Shown in pieces: positions 19,185 to 28,206 of a stretch of DNA of 64,000 bases. Where the stretch lies: NCBI GenBank assembly GCA_021463645.1, contig JAJTYI010000006.1:53692-117691 (forward strand), given 5' to 3'. This DNA comes from a bacterium. GTDB lineage: Bacteria > Patescibacteriota > Dojkabacteria > B142 > OLB20. A program made the translations under genes and the position numbers. The first letter of the stretch is position 1, and each line of letters begins with the position of its first letter. The notes under the pieces are model-generated. The model was not told the origin of the DNA and did not search any database. It saw only the letters and a program-made list of their open reading frames with translations.

Positions 19185-19934
19185 TTACTCCTGTGATACC
19201 AATCCCATCTGATTCTCGAAGATTTTAATCCCTTCCCCTGTTGGTCCATTATAGACCACCTCTCCATTTTTCAGAAGAATCACTCGGTTACAATATTGTT
19301 TAACGTCTTTGATGTTATGACTAACCAGAATCCCTGTGGCTCCGTTTGAGAGTAAACTAAGCATTTTTTCTAAGCTTTTCTTTTGAAAACCAGCATCCCC
19401 CACAGATAATACTTCGTCAAGTAAATAGATATCTGCCCTAGCCTCTACTGCAATGGCGAAAGCAAGTCTGATGACCATTCCACTTGAATAATTTTTCACC
19501 TGTAAATCTATAAAGTCGCGGATTTCTGCAAAATCGACTATTTCATCAAACTTAGATTCTACATATTTTCTTGTCATTCCCAAGATTATTCCGTTTAGGA
19601 AAATGTTTTCTCTACCTGTGAGCTCTGGATTGAATCCTACACCAAGCTCTAAAAATGGTACCAATGTTCCATTTACGTGAACCTTCCCTTTTGTGGGTTC
19701 GAAAATCCCTGCTAATATTTTCAGTAACGTACTTTTTCCACTGCCGTTACGACCGATTACACCAACAAAGTCTCCTTGGTTAATTTTGAAATCGACACTT
19801 TTCAAGGCATAGAACCTCTCTTTTCCTATTCTTTTGAATGGATGCAGAAAATAACTTTTGAGCGTATTCCTACTCTCATGAGGAATCTCAAATACTTTAC
19901 TTACATTTTCTACTTCGATTATTGGTTTATCCAT
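19185..19934 (-). CDS. Polysaccharide/teichoic-acid ABC exporter ATP-binding protein (Wzt/TagH-like, no C-terminal CBM)
   Basis: Walker A GVIGRNGSGKSTLL, signature-like YSSGM and Walker B IYLLDEVLSVGD. At 249 aa it is the nucleotide-binding domain only. Confidence 0.85.
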   Translation of the reverse strand: MDKPIIEVENVSKVFEIPHESRNTLKSYFLHPFKRIGKERFYALKSVDFKINQGDFVGVIGRNGSGKSTLLKILAGIFEPTKGKVHVNGTLVPFLELGVGFNPELTGRENIFLNGIILGMTRKYVESKFDEIVDFAEIRDFIDLQVKNYSSGMVIRLAFAIAVEARADIYLLDEVLSVGDAGFQKKSLEKMLSLLSNGATGILVSHNIKDVKQYCNRVILLKNGEVVYNGPTGEGIKIFENQMGLVSQE

Positions 19935-19936
19935 TT

Positions 19937-20713
19937 TTATATAAATTCAGCTATTCTTTTAATATTTTTCCTGAAATATAGACTACCGAGGAAATACAAA
20001 ACAAAAGTCATGACTGTCATAAATAACATAGCTTTTACATGAATAATGTCACCCTGTAGTAATGCCCTTCTCGAAGCGTGAATTATCAATGCTAAAGGAT
20101 TCAACCGAATGATTTGACCGAATGCCCCACTCATATCATCAATACTGTAAAAAACAGCAGAACCCCAGAAAACTAATTGCATAACAAGCTCCATAATGTG
20201 ATGTAAATCACGGATTTTAACTAATAAAATCGAACTGAAAAGTGAAATTGAATAAAGTGCAAAAATAGTCATACTCAAAATGAATAGGAAATACAATAAC
20301 CCTTCCAAAGTTGGAGCAAAGCTTCCGAGCACTGCCAAAACCAAGAGAATAACCGTATTAAAAGCAAAATTAACGACTGCCATGAATACAGCACTAGTAA
20401 TTGCTACTTGCCTTGGAAAGTTAACTTTGAGGATAACCCCTGCAAGATCTGTGAGTGCATGCATTCCGAATATCACTCCTTCATTCACCAATGTGTAGAT
20501 AATTATTCCGAGTAAAAGATTCGCTCCAAATTCAGCGGAAGCCTCCCCCCCTCGGAATGCTGTAAAAACAACGAAAAGCATCAAGAAATACAAGAATGGC
20601 TTCATCAATACCCAGAAAAATCCGAGAATAGAATTATTGTATCTGAGCTTGAAATTCGTTCGAATCAGCTCTATCAAAAGGTCTCTATGATTTGCTTTTG
20701 TATGTAATATCAT
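19937..20713 (-). CDS. ABC-2 type exporter permease (Wzm/TagG-like)
   Basis: 258 aa with six hydrophobic helices. The N-terminus LIELIRTNFKLRYNNSILGFFWVLMKP is typical of ABC-2 polysaccharide permeases. It sits 2 nt upstream of the ATPase gene. Confidence 0.75.
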   Translation of the reverse strand: MILHTKANHRDLLIELIRTNFKLRYNNSILGFFWVLMKPFLYFLMLFVVFTAFRGGEASAEFGANLLLGIIIYTLVNEGVIFGMHALTDLAGVILKVNFPRQVAITSAVFMAVVNFAFNTVILLVLAVLGSFAPTLEGLLYFLFILSMTIFALYSISLFSSILLVKIRDLHHIMELVMQLVFWGSAVFYSIDDMSGAFGQIIRLNPLALIIHASRRALLQGDIIHVKAMLFMTVMTFVLYFLGSLYFRKNIKRIAEFI

Positions 20714-21414
20714 TAAATTATTTTTTTAAGTGTACGATTAAAATCTCCTCGATAGATGACCAATCCCCAGTTTTGAATTTCTTTTTTCAAAACTGTTTCT
20801 AGCATCGTCTCATCATCGAGAGACTGTCTTGTAATATTTGATAACATTTCCTCACCTACCTCACCTATTTTACTAATAATTCGATCCGTTTTACAGGCCA
20901 ACCAAAATTCGTCTGTAATTAGTCCCGTCAATAAAGTATTTATTTTCAACAAACTGTTTATATCAGTTGGAGAGAAGAAAGTATACACCTTGGAGCCAGT
21001 ATTATTTAGGTGCGTAGGGTGAGTATGCATGTTAAAAAGGAATCCTGAATCGATTTGCTTGGGCAATTGATCAGGTGCAAAATAGTCTCTTTGGATAATT
21101 CTACTATCAAGGATTATCTGCCTTTCATATCTGTAGTTTTTATTATCTGGAATATATTTTACCTGCAGGCTGTGGTGAGCATGGACGTTGTCTTTATTTC
21201 CTTTCAATGGTTTTGAAATGATTGTCTCGCGTTCAATATAGAAAAGACTCGATTCGTACTCATAGCCCGTAGAATCTGTGAATCTGTGTAATTTCACAAT
21301 ATCCTCCCACAATCTTCGATCTAGAACTATTTCCTCAGGCCATGCAGTCCGAGGAGGGTACTTTCCGTATTTATTCCATTTTTTTACAAATTCTACGAAT
21401 TCTGTGAAGTACAT
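20713..21414 (-). CDS. Hypothetical protein with a possible JAB/MPN-like metalloprotease motif
   Basis: An upstream Glu (GYEYESS) is followed by NMHTHPTHLNNTGSKVYTFFSPTD, which is an HxH...SxxD arrangement with a longer spacer than canonical JAMM. Its stop overlaps the Wzm start by 1 nt. Confidence 0.35.
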   Translation of the reverse strand: MYFTEFVEFVKKWNKYGKYPPRTAWPEEIVLDRRLWEDIVKLHRFTDSTGYEYESSLFYIERETIISKPLKGNKDNVHAHHSLQVKYIPDNKNYRYERQIILDSRIIQRDYFAPDQLPKQIDSGFLFNMHTHPTHLNNTGSKVYTFFSPTDINSLLKINTLLTGLITDEFWLACKTDRIISKIGEVGEEMLSNITRQSLDDETMLETVLKKEIQNWGLVIYRGDFNRTLKKII

Positions 21415-21585
21415 ACAAAACGGTTAATAACGAATTCTTAATATATCATTTTTCTCTTCTTGGTTTCCTGCCTTCGCAGGAAAGACAATGGGCGATGTAT
21501 TCTGTTTCCAGAATCCTGAATTCAGAATTCTAAATGCTTTTATTGATTTGAAATTATAGCTTGTTTTTATGGAAATGAATAACCC

Positions 21586-22185
21586 TTATGTTTCTAAGGC
21601 GAATGCTTCCAGCTCCTTTTTGATTTGGTCTTTTGATATAGGGTCAGAAATAAAATCGACTTCTTCTGTAAAGTCTATGTCTTCGAAGAATAGTAATTGT
21701 TCGCGAAATAATTTGTCGTTGAACATTCCTTGAAAAACTTCTTCCGCTCTTTCAATTATTCTCTTTATTCCGAATTTATGGATTAAAAAATATAAATCTA
21801 CATAATCTTTCCACTTTGGTCTTCTTCCGATAGTAAACGCCTTGGTCGATGCCAATGTGAGTAAATCCGGCATTAATATATTTTTGTAGTTTACCGAGGG
21901 ATTTAATAGGTATGGATAATTAAGGAAAGTAATTTTAACTTGATCCACGATTGCAGTATATTGATCAATATTGGAGATTATTGTGTTTTGAATGTCGCAG
22001 TTTACCAATATCCTTTTAATTTCAGCAAGGCTCACTTCTTTGTTAGCAAAAAAATCAAAATCAATAGACTTTCTATGACTTAGTTGAAGTGCTATTGCAG
22101 TTCCACCAGCAAGATAATACTCATTAAGATTCTCCAGTTTTGAGAGTAAATTCTCTTGGTCAGAATTTAATATCTTATTATCCAT
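21586..22185 (-). CDS. AbiEii/DUF1814-like nucleotidyltransferase (putative type IV toxin)
   Basis: The N-terminal YYLAGGTAIALQLSHRKSIDFDFF resembles the GGTAL.L...HR.S.D(I/L)D motif of AbiEii-family proteins. It overlaps a small upstream ORF by 8 nt. Confidence 0.5.
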   Translation of the reverse strand: MDNKILNSDQENLLSKLENLNEYYLAGGTAIALQLSHRKSIDFDFFANKEVSLAEIKRILVNCDIQNTIISNIDQYTAIVDQVKITFLNYPYLLNPSVNYKNILMPDLLTLASTKAFTIGRRPKWKDYVDLYFLIHKFGIKRIIERAEEVFQGMFNDKLFREQLLFFEDIDFTEEVDFISDPISKDQIKKELEAFALET

Positions 22186-22444
22186 ACTTTGAAAAATATT
22201 TTGAGAAGTAATTCATTGTCCTCTGTGATATTAGGGGTCTTTTTGAACTTGATATCTCTCTGAAGATCTTACCGGCATTTGAAATACCGAGCAATTCAAT
22301 AAATTGCAGGACCTGACTCATATTCTTTGAATAATTCAAGAACCTCTCCATAATAGCTTTATCAGAAAGTTGGCTGATTTTGGAATGAGGAATATCCCAA
22401 AAGAGATATTTATTATTTTCAAGTAAATTTTGTTTATCAATCAT
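22178..22444 (-). CDS. Small protein, putative cognate antitoxin of the AbiEii-like gene
   Basis: 88 aa and translationally coupled (8-nt overlap) to the downstream nucleotidyltransferase gene. No motif was recognised. Confidence 0.3.
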   Translation of the reverse strand: MIDKQNLLENNKYLFWDIPHSKISQLSDKAIMERFLNYSKNMSQVLQFIELLGISNAGKIFREISSSKRPLISQRTMNYFSKYFSKYG

Positions 22445-22546
22445 AACTAATTATCTCAAATATTCACTTATTTATCCAGCTTATTATCCCTCTTAATCAC
22501 ACATCTACCAAGCATTTTGATAATTCTCGGTTTAAACCAGAGGCGC

Positions 22547-23497
22547 TTAGGAAACTAATTTCGCTCCACTTAGATACAAATAGTCATTACATCCTGCTCG
22601 CTTTTTACCCTCGAGCTGCAGATCAAGAAGTTCGATACTTCCATCATTGAGATTTAATACGAGTTTTTTCCCATCTCTATATATTTTTCCTATCTCAGCG
22701 TTGGTTGAATTGTCAGAGATTGTTGCTTTGAAAATCTTCAACCTCAGTACTTTCCCATTCATATCGATTTCACACCAAGCAACTGGCCACGGATAAAATG
22801 CTCTCACCATTCTGATAGCTTTTTCAGAATCAGTTTCAGAAGTAATCTTTGCTTTTTCTTTTTCAATCAAAGTTTTGTCTGCGATTGTAGCTTTCTTTTC
22901 GTTTTGCTCTAAGGGAACTAATTTTCCATCTACCCATTGTGGCAGCGTTCTCTCTAATAATTCGGCTCCTGCTTTTGCTAATTTGGACTTTAAAGTCTCT
23001 GTTGTATCGGTATCTTCAATTTCCACATCCGTCATTGCCAATACTGGGCCATCATCGAGTCCAGTCGTCATGATGGGTATACTTACCCCTGTTTTTTTAT
23101 ATCCTTTTAATATCGCAATCGGAATAGGCACCGCACCTCTGAGATCGGGCAAGATAGACCCATGTACATTTAAACATTTATACTTTGGATAATTAATTGT
23201 GTATTCAGGTAATATCTGTCCATAATCCGCGACAATTATTAACTCTGGCTTTTCTTTCTCCAAAATCCCCTCCTGCTCTAGACGATACTTTAATGGAGTG
23301 TATACCTTTAAATCGGGATAGTTATTATTAATAAATTCTTTAACAGGGACTGGTTTTAAATCCTGGTTTCTACCTGCAGGTTTGTCCATTTGCGTGACCA
23401 CCGCAACTACATTCACCCCAGCCATATGCAACAAACCATCCAAAATTGGAACAGCAAATTCACCAGAACCGAAAAAAATTATTCTTAATTTGTTCAT
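22547..23497 (-). CDS. fmt: Methionyl-tRNA formyltransferase
   Basis: RIIFFGSGEFAVPIL, NVHGSILPDLRGAVPIPIAILKG and a C-terminal Fmt-type beta-barrel region (AFYPWPVAW). Confidence 0.85.
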   Translation of the reverse strand: MNKLRIIFFGSGEFAVPILDGLLHMAGVNVVAVVTQMDKPAGRNQDLKPVPVKEFINNNYPDLKVYTPLKYRLEQEGILEKEKPELIIVADYGQILPEYTINYPKYKCLNVHGSILPDLRGAVPIPIAILKGYKKTGVSIPIMTTGLDDGPVLAMTDVEIEDTDTTETLKSKLAKAGAELLERTLPQWVDGKLVPLEQNEKKATIADKTLIEKEKAKITSETDSEKAIRMVRAFYPWPVAWCEIDMNGKVLRLKIFKATISDNSTNAEIGKIYRDGKKLVLNLNDGSIELLDLQLEGKKRAGCNDYLYLSGAKLVS

Positions 23498-23498
23498 A

Positions 23499-23927
23499 TT
23501 ATGTTGATAAATCTTTTATTCCTGCTGAGAGATCTGAAAATGCGACTCGCAACTGTTTGGTATCTGCTCGGAAATGTATATCATGAGCCAAAGAATTTCT
23601 CACTTTATGCCCATTCCACGCCCTCTCTAGATTCTCAGTATGTGTAAAAATATTATGTGCCTTGCTCAGCTTCTCTCCTAATGAATCACCTTGCACCAGA
23701 TTTTTATCTAATGCGTAGTCGAGTAACTTATCAGCTTCAATTATCGCGTTTTTAATAAATATCGGATCATCATTACTACTCAGAATCGTAAGTTCGTGTA
23801 ATTTAGACAATACTTCTTTGTTCCAAGATTTTCTTTTTGGACTTCTGGTCATAAGAAAGCCAAGTGCCATCAAAAACAACACCAGTAGAACTACTGCTAG
23901 AGAAATTGCAATCTCGAGAGTTTCCAT
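23499..23927 (-). CDS. Membrane-anchored HEPN-like (DUF4145-like) protein
   Basis: One N-terminal TM helix. The C-terminal helical domain ends in HKVRNSLAH, an Rx4H HEPN-type motif in the RN..AH form typical of DUF4145. Confidence 0.4.
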   Translation of the reverse strand: METLEIAISLAVVLLVLFLMALGFLMTRSPKRKSWNKEVLSKLHELTILSSNDDPIFIKNAIIEADKLLDYALDKNLVQGDSLGEKLSKAHNIFTHTENLERAWNGHKVRNSLAHDIHFRADTKQLRVAFSDLSAGIKDLST

Positions 23928-23929
23928 TT

Positions 23930-24763
23930 TTATCGTTTTATTTGCCTAAGTTTAGCAAAATACACGCCTGCAAGCAAAATTAGTATGATTGAAGTCAACT
24001 GCGCAACTGTAAAATTGAATAAAATCCTGTCTTCTAGCCGTGAGAAGTCGACTAGAAATCTTACAGTTGCATACCCAGCCAGATAAATTACTATCAAATC
24101 TTTGGATAAGCCAAATTTCTTATACCAGAAATATATAAAAATGAAGACAATAAGATTACCGATTTGTTCATATGCGAATGTAGGATGAAAACTTTTTTCA
24201 AATTCATCAATATAATAACCCCAAGGTAAACTAGTTTCTCTTCCATAGAGCTCCTTATTAGAAAAGTTCCCAAACCTACCAATTACTTGCCCAAGTGGCA
24301 AGTACACTGCAAGCAAAGAAAGTGCTTTAATAAAGTTTGTCTTAATACTCTTTCTATAATAATTTGCTCCAATAAAACCACCGATTAGTCCACCAAATAT
24401 TCCTAGTCCACCATTCCAAATGTGGAAAATTTCAATCGAATTTTCATTGTAAAGATGGAAATCCGTCACTACATGCCACAATCTTGCACCAATTAATGAT
24501 CCAATTAAAATCCACATCAATGCAGTTGTGGTATCGATACTTTTAAGTTCTTTGTATTTGGATTTTTCTTTATCGAAGAGATAAGACACGATTGATATCC
24601 CTCCCAAGATAAAAAGGCTATAAAATTGAACCTCTATGAAATAGAGATTTAAACCTTTAGGGAAGTCAAAATAACCCCTGAGGAAAATCCAATATATTGG
24701 AACAATCAACAAAACAAGAATCGTGAACAGAATTACGTTACGTTTATCAATAGTACTGCTCAT
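23930..24763 (-). CDS. lgt: Prolipoprotein diacylglyceryl transferase
   Basis: WNGGLGIFGGLIGG and GRFGNFSNKELYGRETSLPWG motifs, with seven hydrophobic segments. Confidence 0.85.
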   Translation of the reverse strand: MSSTIDKRNVILFTILVLLIVPIYWIFLRGYFDFPKGLNLYFIEVQFYSLFILGGISIVSYLFDKEKSKYKELKSIDTTTALMWILIGSLIGARLWHVVTDFHLYNENSIEIFHIWNGGLGIFGGLIGGFIGANYYRKSIKTNFIKALSLLAVYLPLGQVIGRFGNFSNKELYGRETSLPWGYYIDEFEKSFHPTFAYEQIGNLIVFIFIYFWYKKFGLSKDLIVIYLAGYATVRFLVDFSRLEDRILFNFTVAQLTSIILILLAGVYFAKLRQIKR

Positions 24764-25448
24764 AGTAGATATTTTCTTTCACTACTCCGGCATTTGTGAG
24801 ATTCAGAACGACATCATCAATCATTTTTCTAGATCCACAAACATATCCTGCAAAGTTTTTCTCAGTCTCAACCGCTTTCAAGTAATGCTCTGTGATTCTC
24901 CCTCGATAGCCCTGCCAGTCACCTTCGGGTTGTGAGAGTGAAAGGATAAACTCAAAGTTCGAGAAATTTGAAGCTAGTCTTTCAAAATGATCTTTATAGA
25001 ACACATTTCTCTCATGACGAAACCCTAGGAATAGCTTTATTTGTCTTGTAGTATTAAGTGTTTCAAGTGCATATGTGACCATCGAAATAAATGGGACCGC
25101 ACCTGTACCCGTGGCAAATATATAGGCGGGTTTCTCTTCTTCTTTGTATACAAAATTTCCAAGTGGACCTAAGAACTCAACTTCATCACCGACTTTTGAA
25201 TTTGCGAAAAACTGTGAACCAGGTCCACCTATAACAGAATCAGCAATTAAATCAATTCCTGTATTGTATGATGGTGGAGAAGCTACTGAGTAACTTCGTC
25301 TAACTCCAGGAGCTACAAGCAAATTAACAAACTGTCCTGCTTGAAACTCGATGGTCTCTCCCTCATTTAGTGGAATATTGAGCTTATGAACGGACTCTGC
25401 AATTTCCTCAGCGTAGGCTATTTTTGATTTGAAAATTTTTACTGGCAT
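24747..25448 (-). CDS. Ferredoxin-NADP reductase-like FAD/NAD(P)-binding oxidoreductase
   Basis: RRSYSVAS (RxYS FAD-binding motif), GGPGSQF and IFATGTGAVPF (NAD(P)-binding). It overlaps lgt by 17 nt. Confidence 0.7.
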   Translation of the reverse strand: MPVKIFKSKIAYAEEIAESVHKLNIPLNEGETIEFQAGQFVNLLVAPGVRRSYSVASPPSYNTGIDLIADSVIGGPGSQFFANSKVGDEVEFLGPLGNFVYKEEEKPAYIFATGTGAVPFISMVTYALETLNTTRQIKLFLGFRHERNVFYKDHFERLASNFSNFEFILSLSQPEGDWQGYRGRITEHYLKAVETEKNFAGYVCGSRKMIDDVVLNLTNAGVVKENIYYEQYY

Positions 25449-25453
25449 TTTGA

Positions 25454-25705
25454 TTAGTTATCAATTACGTTATCACCTGCTGGTACACTCTCTTCGTCAT
25501 AGCTTAATTCACTTCCTTGACCCTCCATACTATCATCGTCTAAATCCCCAATTTTCATATCTCCAGAAGTAACAGGAATTTCCTCTTTTACTTCAAGATC
25601 ATCAGGATCCATGTTGTTGTCCGCTATCGCAGCTGCCTGAACATCACTCGAATAGAATGAATCGTCGCTTGTTTTATCATCGTCATCATTTTGATTAGTC
25701 ATCAA
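25454..25705 (-). CDS. Small highly acidic, probably disordered protein
   Basis: 83 aa rich in D/E. It ends 5 nt upstream of the start of the oxidoreductase gene on the same strand. No motif was recognised, and coding status rests on position only. Confidence 0.3.
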   Translation of the reverse strand: MMTNQNDDDDKTSDDSFYSSDVQAAAIADNNMDPDDLEVKEEIPVTSGDMKIGDLDDDSMEGQGSELSYDEESVPAGDNVIDN

Positions 25706-25765
25706 ATTATTTCTAAGAACTAATATTCTTCATATTATCATATAATAAATGTCCGCAGAAATTCT

Positions 25766-28057
25766 ATGTTGCGAACATCCCACCTTTTAGATAACCTTGT
25801 TATAGTCATGAATAAAATATCAAATAAAAACACCAGAGATTTCAAGAGATTCATCTTCGGAGTAATCTCAGTCATCTTGATGATATTTTTCGTTCTAATT
25901 TTCCATTTTTCTACTAAATATCAACCAATTGATGTAGACGCAGCTAGGAACACAATTACTGGGACATACTCTATTATTATTGAGGAAGATTTTAAGAGTT
26001 TTAAAAGTAAGGATATACCCGTGCTCGTCAAGGACGACAAATCAATAATACAACTGGGTAATCTAAATAAACTACCGAAAGGGACTAAACCCGGGGATAA
26101 AATAAAAATTACAGGTGTATATAATAAAAAAGCCGTATTAAATATTAGATCATCGACGCTTACAAGTGTTTCAAAATCGAGAACCAGTAATTTATCACAA
26201 ATAAATGTGCGAATCTTACCGGTAAACCTCAGAAATAATAACACCAATGCTTTCACCAAAGAACAAATGCAAAATGTCCTAAACGGAAATAATAATCCAA
26301 TAAGCGCAGATAGATTTATGCAGAAAGTTTCAAAAGGAAGATTCAAACTCGGCGAAGTCAAAGTCGAAGACTGGTACAAAATTGACACTAAAGATATTCC
26401 TACAAACGATGTCTGCACAGTCTACGATATCAATACCATCATCAATCACCTTGATGAACAATACAATGCAGACGTGTATAACAAAAACTATCAAAGTTTG
26501 ATTTTTATAATTGATGCGGAATGCTATACAGGTGGGCGTGCTGTGTCAAGATTTGAAACTGGACAAGGATACATTTATCTTTCAACCCAAGCTTTTAAAG
26601 AAGGTGTTGTAGTTCATGAAATGGGTCATAACTTAGATATTCATCATGCTAATAGTTATGACTGTGCTACTGAAGCATATGATAAACCATCTAACTGTGC
26701 GTCGAAAGAATATGGTAATCCATTTTCAGTGATGGGACTAGATGTTTACGATAATTTATTTAGAGAATTTAATGGAGCCGAAAGGATTAGAGCCGGTTGG
26801 CTAAATGCATCTGAAATCACGAAAGTTACTAAAAGTGGTAAGTACACAATCTACCCACTAAGTGAAAATACTACTCAACCCAAAGTTTTAGAAATTCTGA
26901 AAAACGATATTCAAGATGATGAAAGATATTATCTTGATTTCAGGACACCTAATGCACCTTTCGATACGATTGATAGCGATCTATATGATGGAGGAAACGT
27001 TACCGGTGTTGGAATTCAAACGATCTTTACACAAACAAATAATCCTGAGAGTGCTTTTAGATTTTACTTAAGGCATTCACAAATTATTGATAATACCCCA
27101 CAATCATTCACGGGTTATAACGAATACTACAAAGACTTTTTGGATGGCAGATTAACAAAAGTAGGACATGAATATTATGACAAGATAAATGGAATAAAAA
27201 TAAAAGTTGTATCTATTGATAATCAGAAGGTAGATCTCCAAATTGACTTTTCAACTAGCATTCCTCAAACAAGCAACCTTATCACGTTTCGTGCAAAATC
27301 TTCATCAGAAGATGTCAAAGCACATTTGTGGTTAAGAGATCCATCCACTGGCAAGTACAATATAGTTAAGGACTACAATAAAACAAACTCTAGCTTCTCT
27401 ACCTACTCGTTCACTGAGAACTCAGGAAGAGTGATTAAACCAGAAGATGTTAGAATATCATATACAGGATTTGAACCAACATACCAAGGTCAGCAATTTT
27501 TCTTGGATCTAATGTGGCTTGAAATCAACAATGTAAGATACTTAGCTACTGACCCCGACGTATATTCGACTGGTGCATGGAGCAAACCAAAAGCTAGGTG
27601 TGCCATTGGTTATCCCAACGTTTACACTAGCGAATACGAGACCCCTACAAGATTATCGTGCCAGGGAACTTATTTCCAATTCAAGAAAAGCGAAAATTTG
27701 CCAATCAAATTGAAAAACATGGCAGTTAGGGCGAACTGTGATCTCTCAGGAGATCCAGAAGTTATAATAACTTGGGATAGTGATAAAAACAGTTCAGTGT
27801 ATTTTGTTGACTATTGTGAGGGAACAACATGTTCACCAACAACATCCCTTGACGGTGTACCCGAAGATAGTGGCCAAGATGGTATAAGGCGATTCTATGC
27901 ACATATCGATGATCCATTTGGTCTTACTCCCCCACCCATAGCAGGGAAAACATACAAATACAGAGTCGAAGGTGCAAAACTTTCGAATGGGGAGTACTTG
28001 GTTGGTCCGTGGTCTGACACCTTAAGCGTCACTATCCCCCAAAACATTTGCAACTAA
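25766..28057 (+). CDS. Membrane-anchored secreted zinc metalloprotease (metzincin / gametolysin M11-like) with C-terminal CBM-like and FN3-like modules
   Basis: VVVHEMGHNLDIHHAN is an HExxHxxxxxH zinc site. An N-terminal TM anchor is present. The more likely start is the ATG at 25808 (MNKISNK...). The C-terminal module is homologous to that of the 49235..51313 protein. Confidence 0.6.
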   Translation: MLRTSHLLDNLVIVMNKISNKNTRDFKRFIFGVISVILMIFFVLIFHFSTKYQPIDVDAARNTITGTYSIIIEEDFKSFKSKDIPVLVKDDKSIIQLGNLNKLPKGTKPGDKIKITGVYNKKAVLNIRSSTLTSVSKSRTSNLSQINVRILPVNLRNNNTNAFTKEQMQNVLNGNNNPISADRFMQKVSKGRFKLGEVKVEDWYKIDTKDIPTNDVCTVYDINTIINHLDEQYNADVYNKNYQSLIFIIDAECYTGGRAVSRFETGQGYIYLSTQAFKEGVVVHEMGHNLDIHHANSYDCATEAYDKPSNCASKEYGNPFSVMGLDVYDNLFREFNGAERIRAGWLNASEITKVTKSGKYTIYPLSENTTQPKVLEILKNDIQDDERYYLDFRTPNAPFDTIDSDLYDGGNVTGVGIQTIFTQTNNPESAFRFYLRHSQIIDNTPQSFTGYNEYYKDFLDGRLTKVGHEYYDKINGIKIKVVSIDNQKVDLQIDFSTSIPQTSNLITFRAKSSSEDVKAHLWLRDPSTGKYNIVKDYNKTNSSFSTYSFTENSGRVIKPEDVRISYTGFEPTYQGQQFFLDLMWLEINNVRYLATDPDVYSTGAWSKPKARCAIGYPNVYTSEYETPTRLSCQGTYFQFKKSENLPIKLKNMAVRANCDLSGDPEVIITWDSDKNSSVYFVDYCEGTTCSPTTSLDGVPEDSGQDGIRRFYAHIDDPFGLTPPPIAGKTYKYRVEGAKLSNGEYLVGPWSDTLSVTIPQNICN

Positions 28058-28206
28058 TGTCGGAGATCGGTGTAGACTAATCCTGTATTCCTAATGGTCT
28101 GGATAAATGCTTCTATAGTCTTCATTGCATTTCTGTTTAAATAGAATAATTCATCGAGAATAAACATCTAATTATCTTGTATAATATATATAGTTAAATA
28201 TCATTT

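Noticed and set aside
21464-21483. An 8-bp stem / 4-nt loop hairpin (tttcctgc-cttc-gcaggaaa) lies between the AbiEii-like gene and the JAB-like gene.
   Set aside because: I did not call it a terminator because no U-tract follows it on either strand. It may still be a structural element, but I cannot support a function.
21510-21531. A 22-nt near-palindrome (agaatcctgaattcagaattct) lies in the same intergenic region.
   Set aside because: It has two mismatches, is AT-rich, and has no second copy in the window. I cannot distinguish it from chance.
20713-22185. I considered whether the JAB-like gene plus the nearby nucleotidyltransferase form a CBASS-like defence module.
   Set aside because: The nucleotidyltransferase looks AbiEii/DUF1814-like rather than CD-NTase-like. 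The two genes are in different transcription units separated by 171 nt. No E1/E2-like or effector gene is present.
25921-26418. A 165-aa antisense ORF lies inside the metalloprotease gene.
   Set aside because: It is a shadow ORF in AT-rich sequence opposite a frame with clear domain structure, and it has no recognisable motif.
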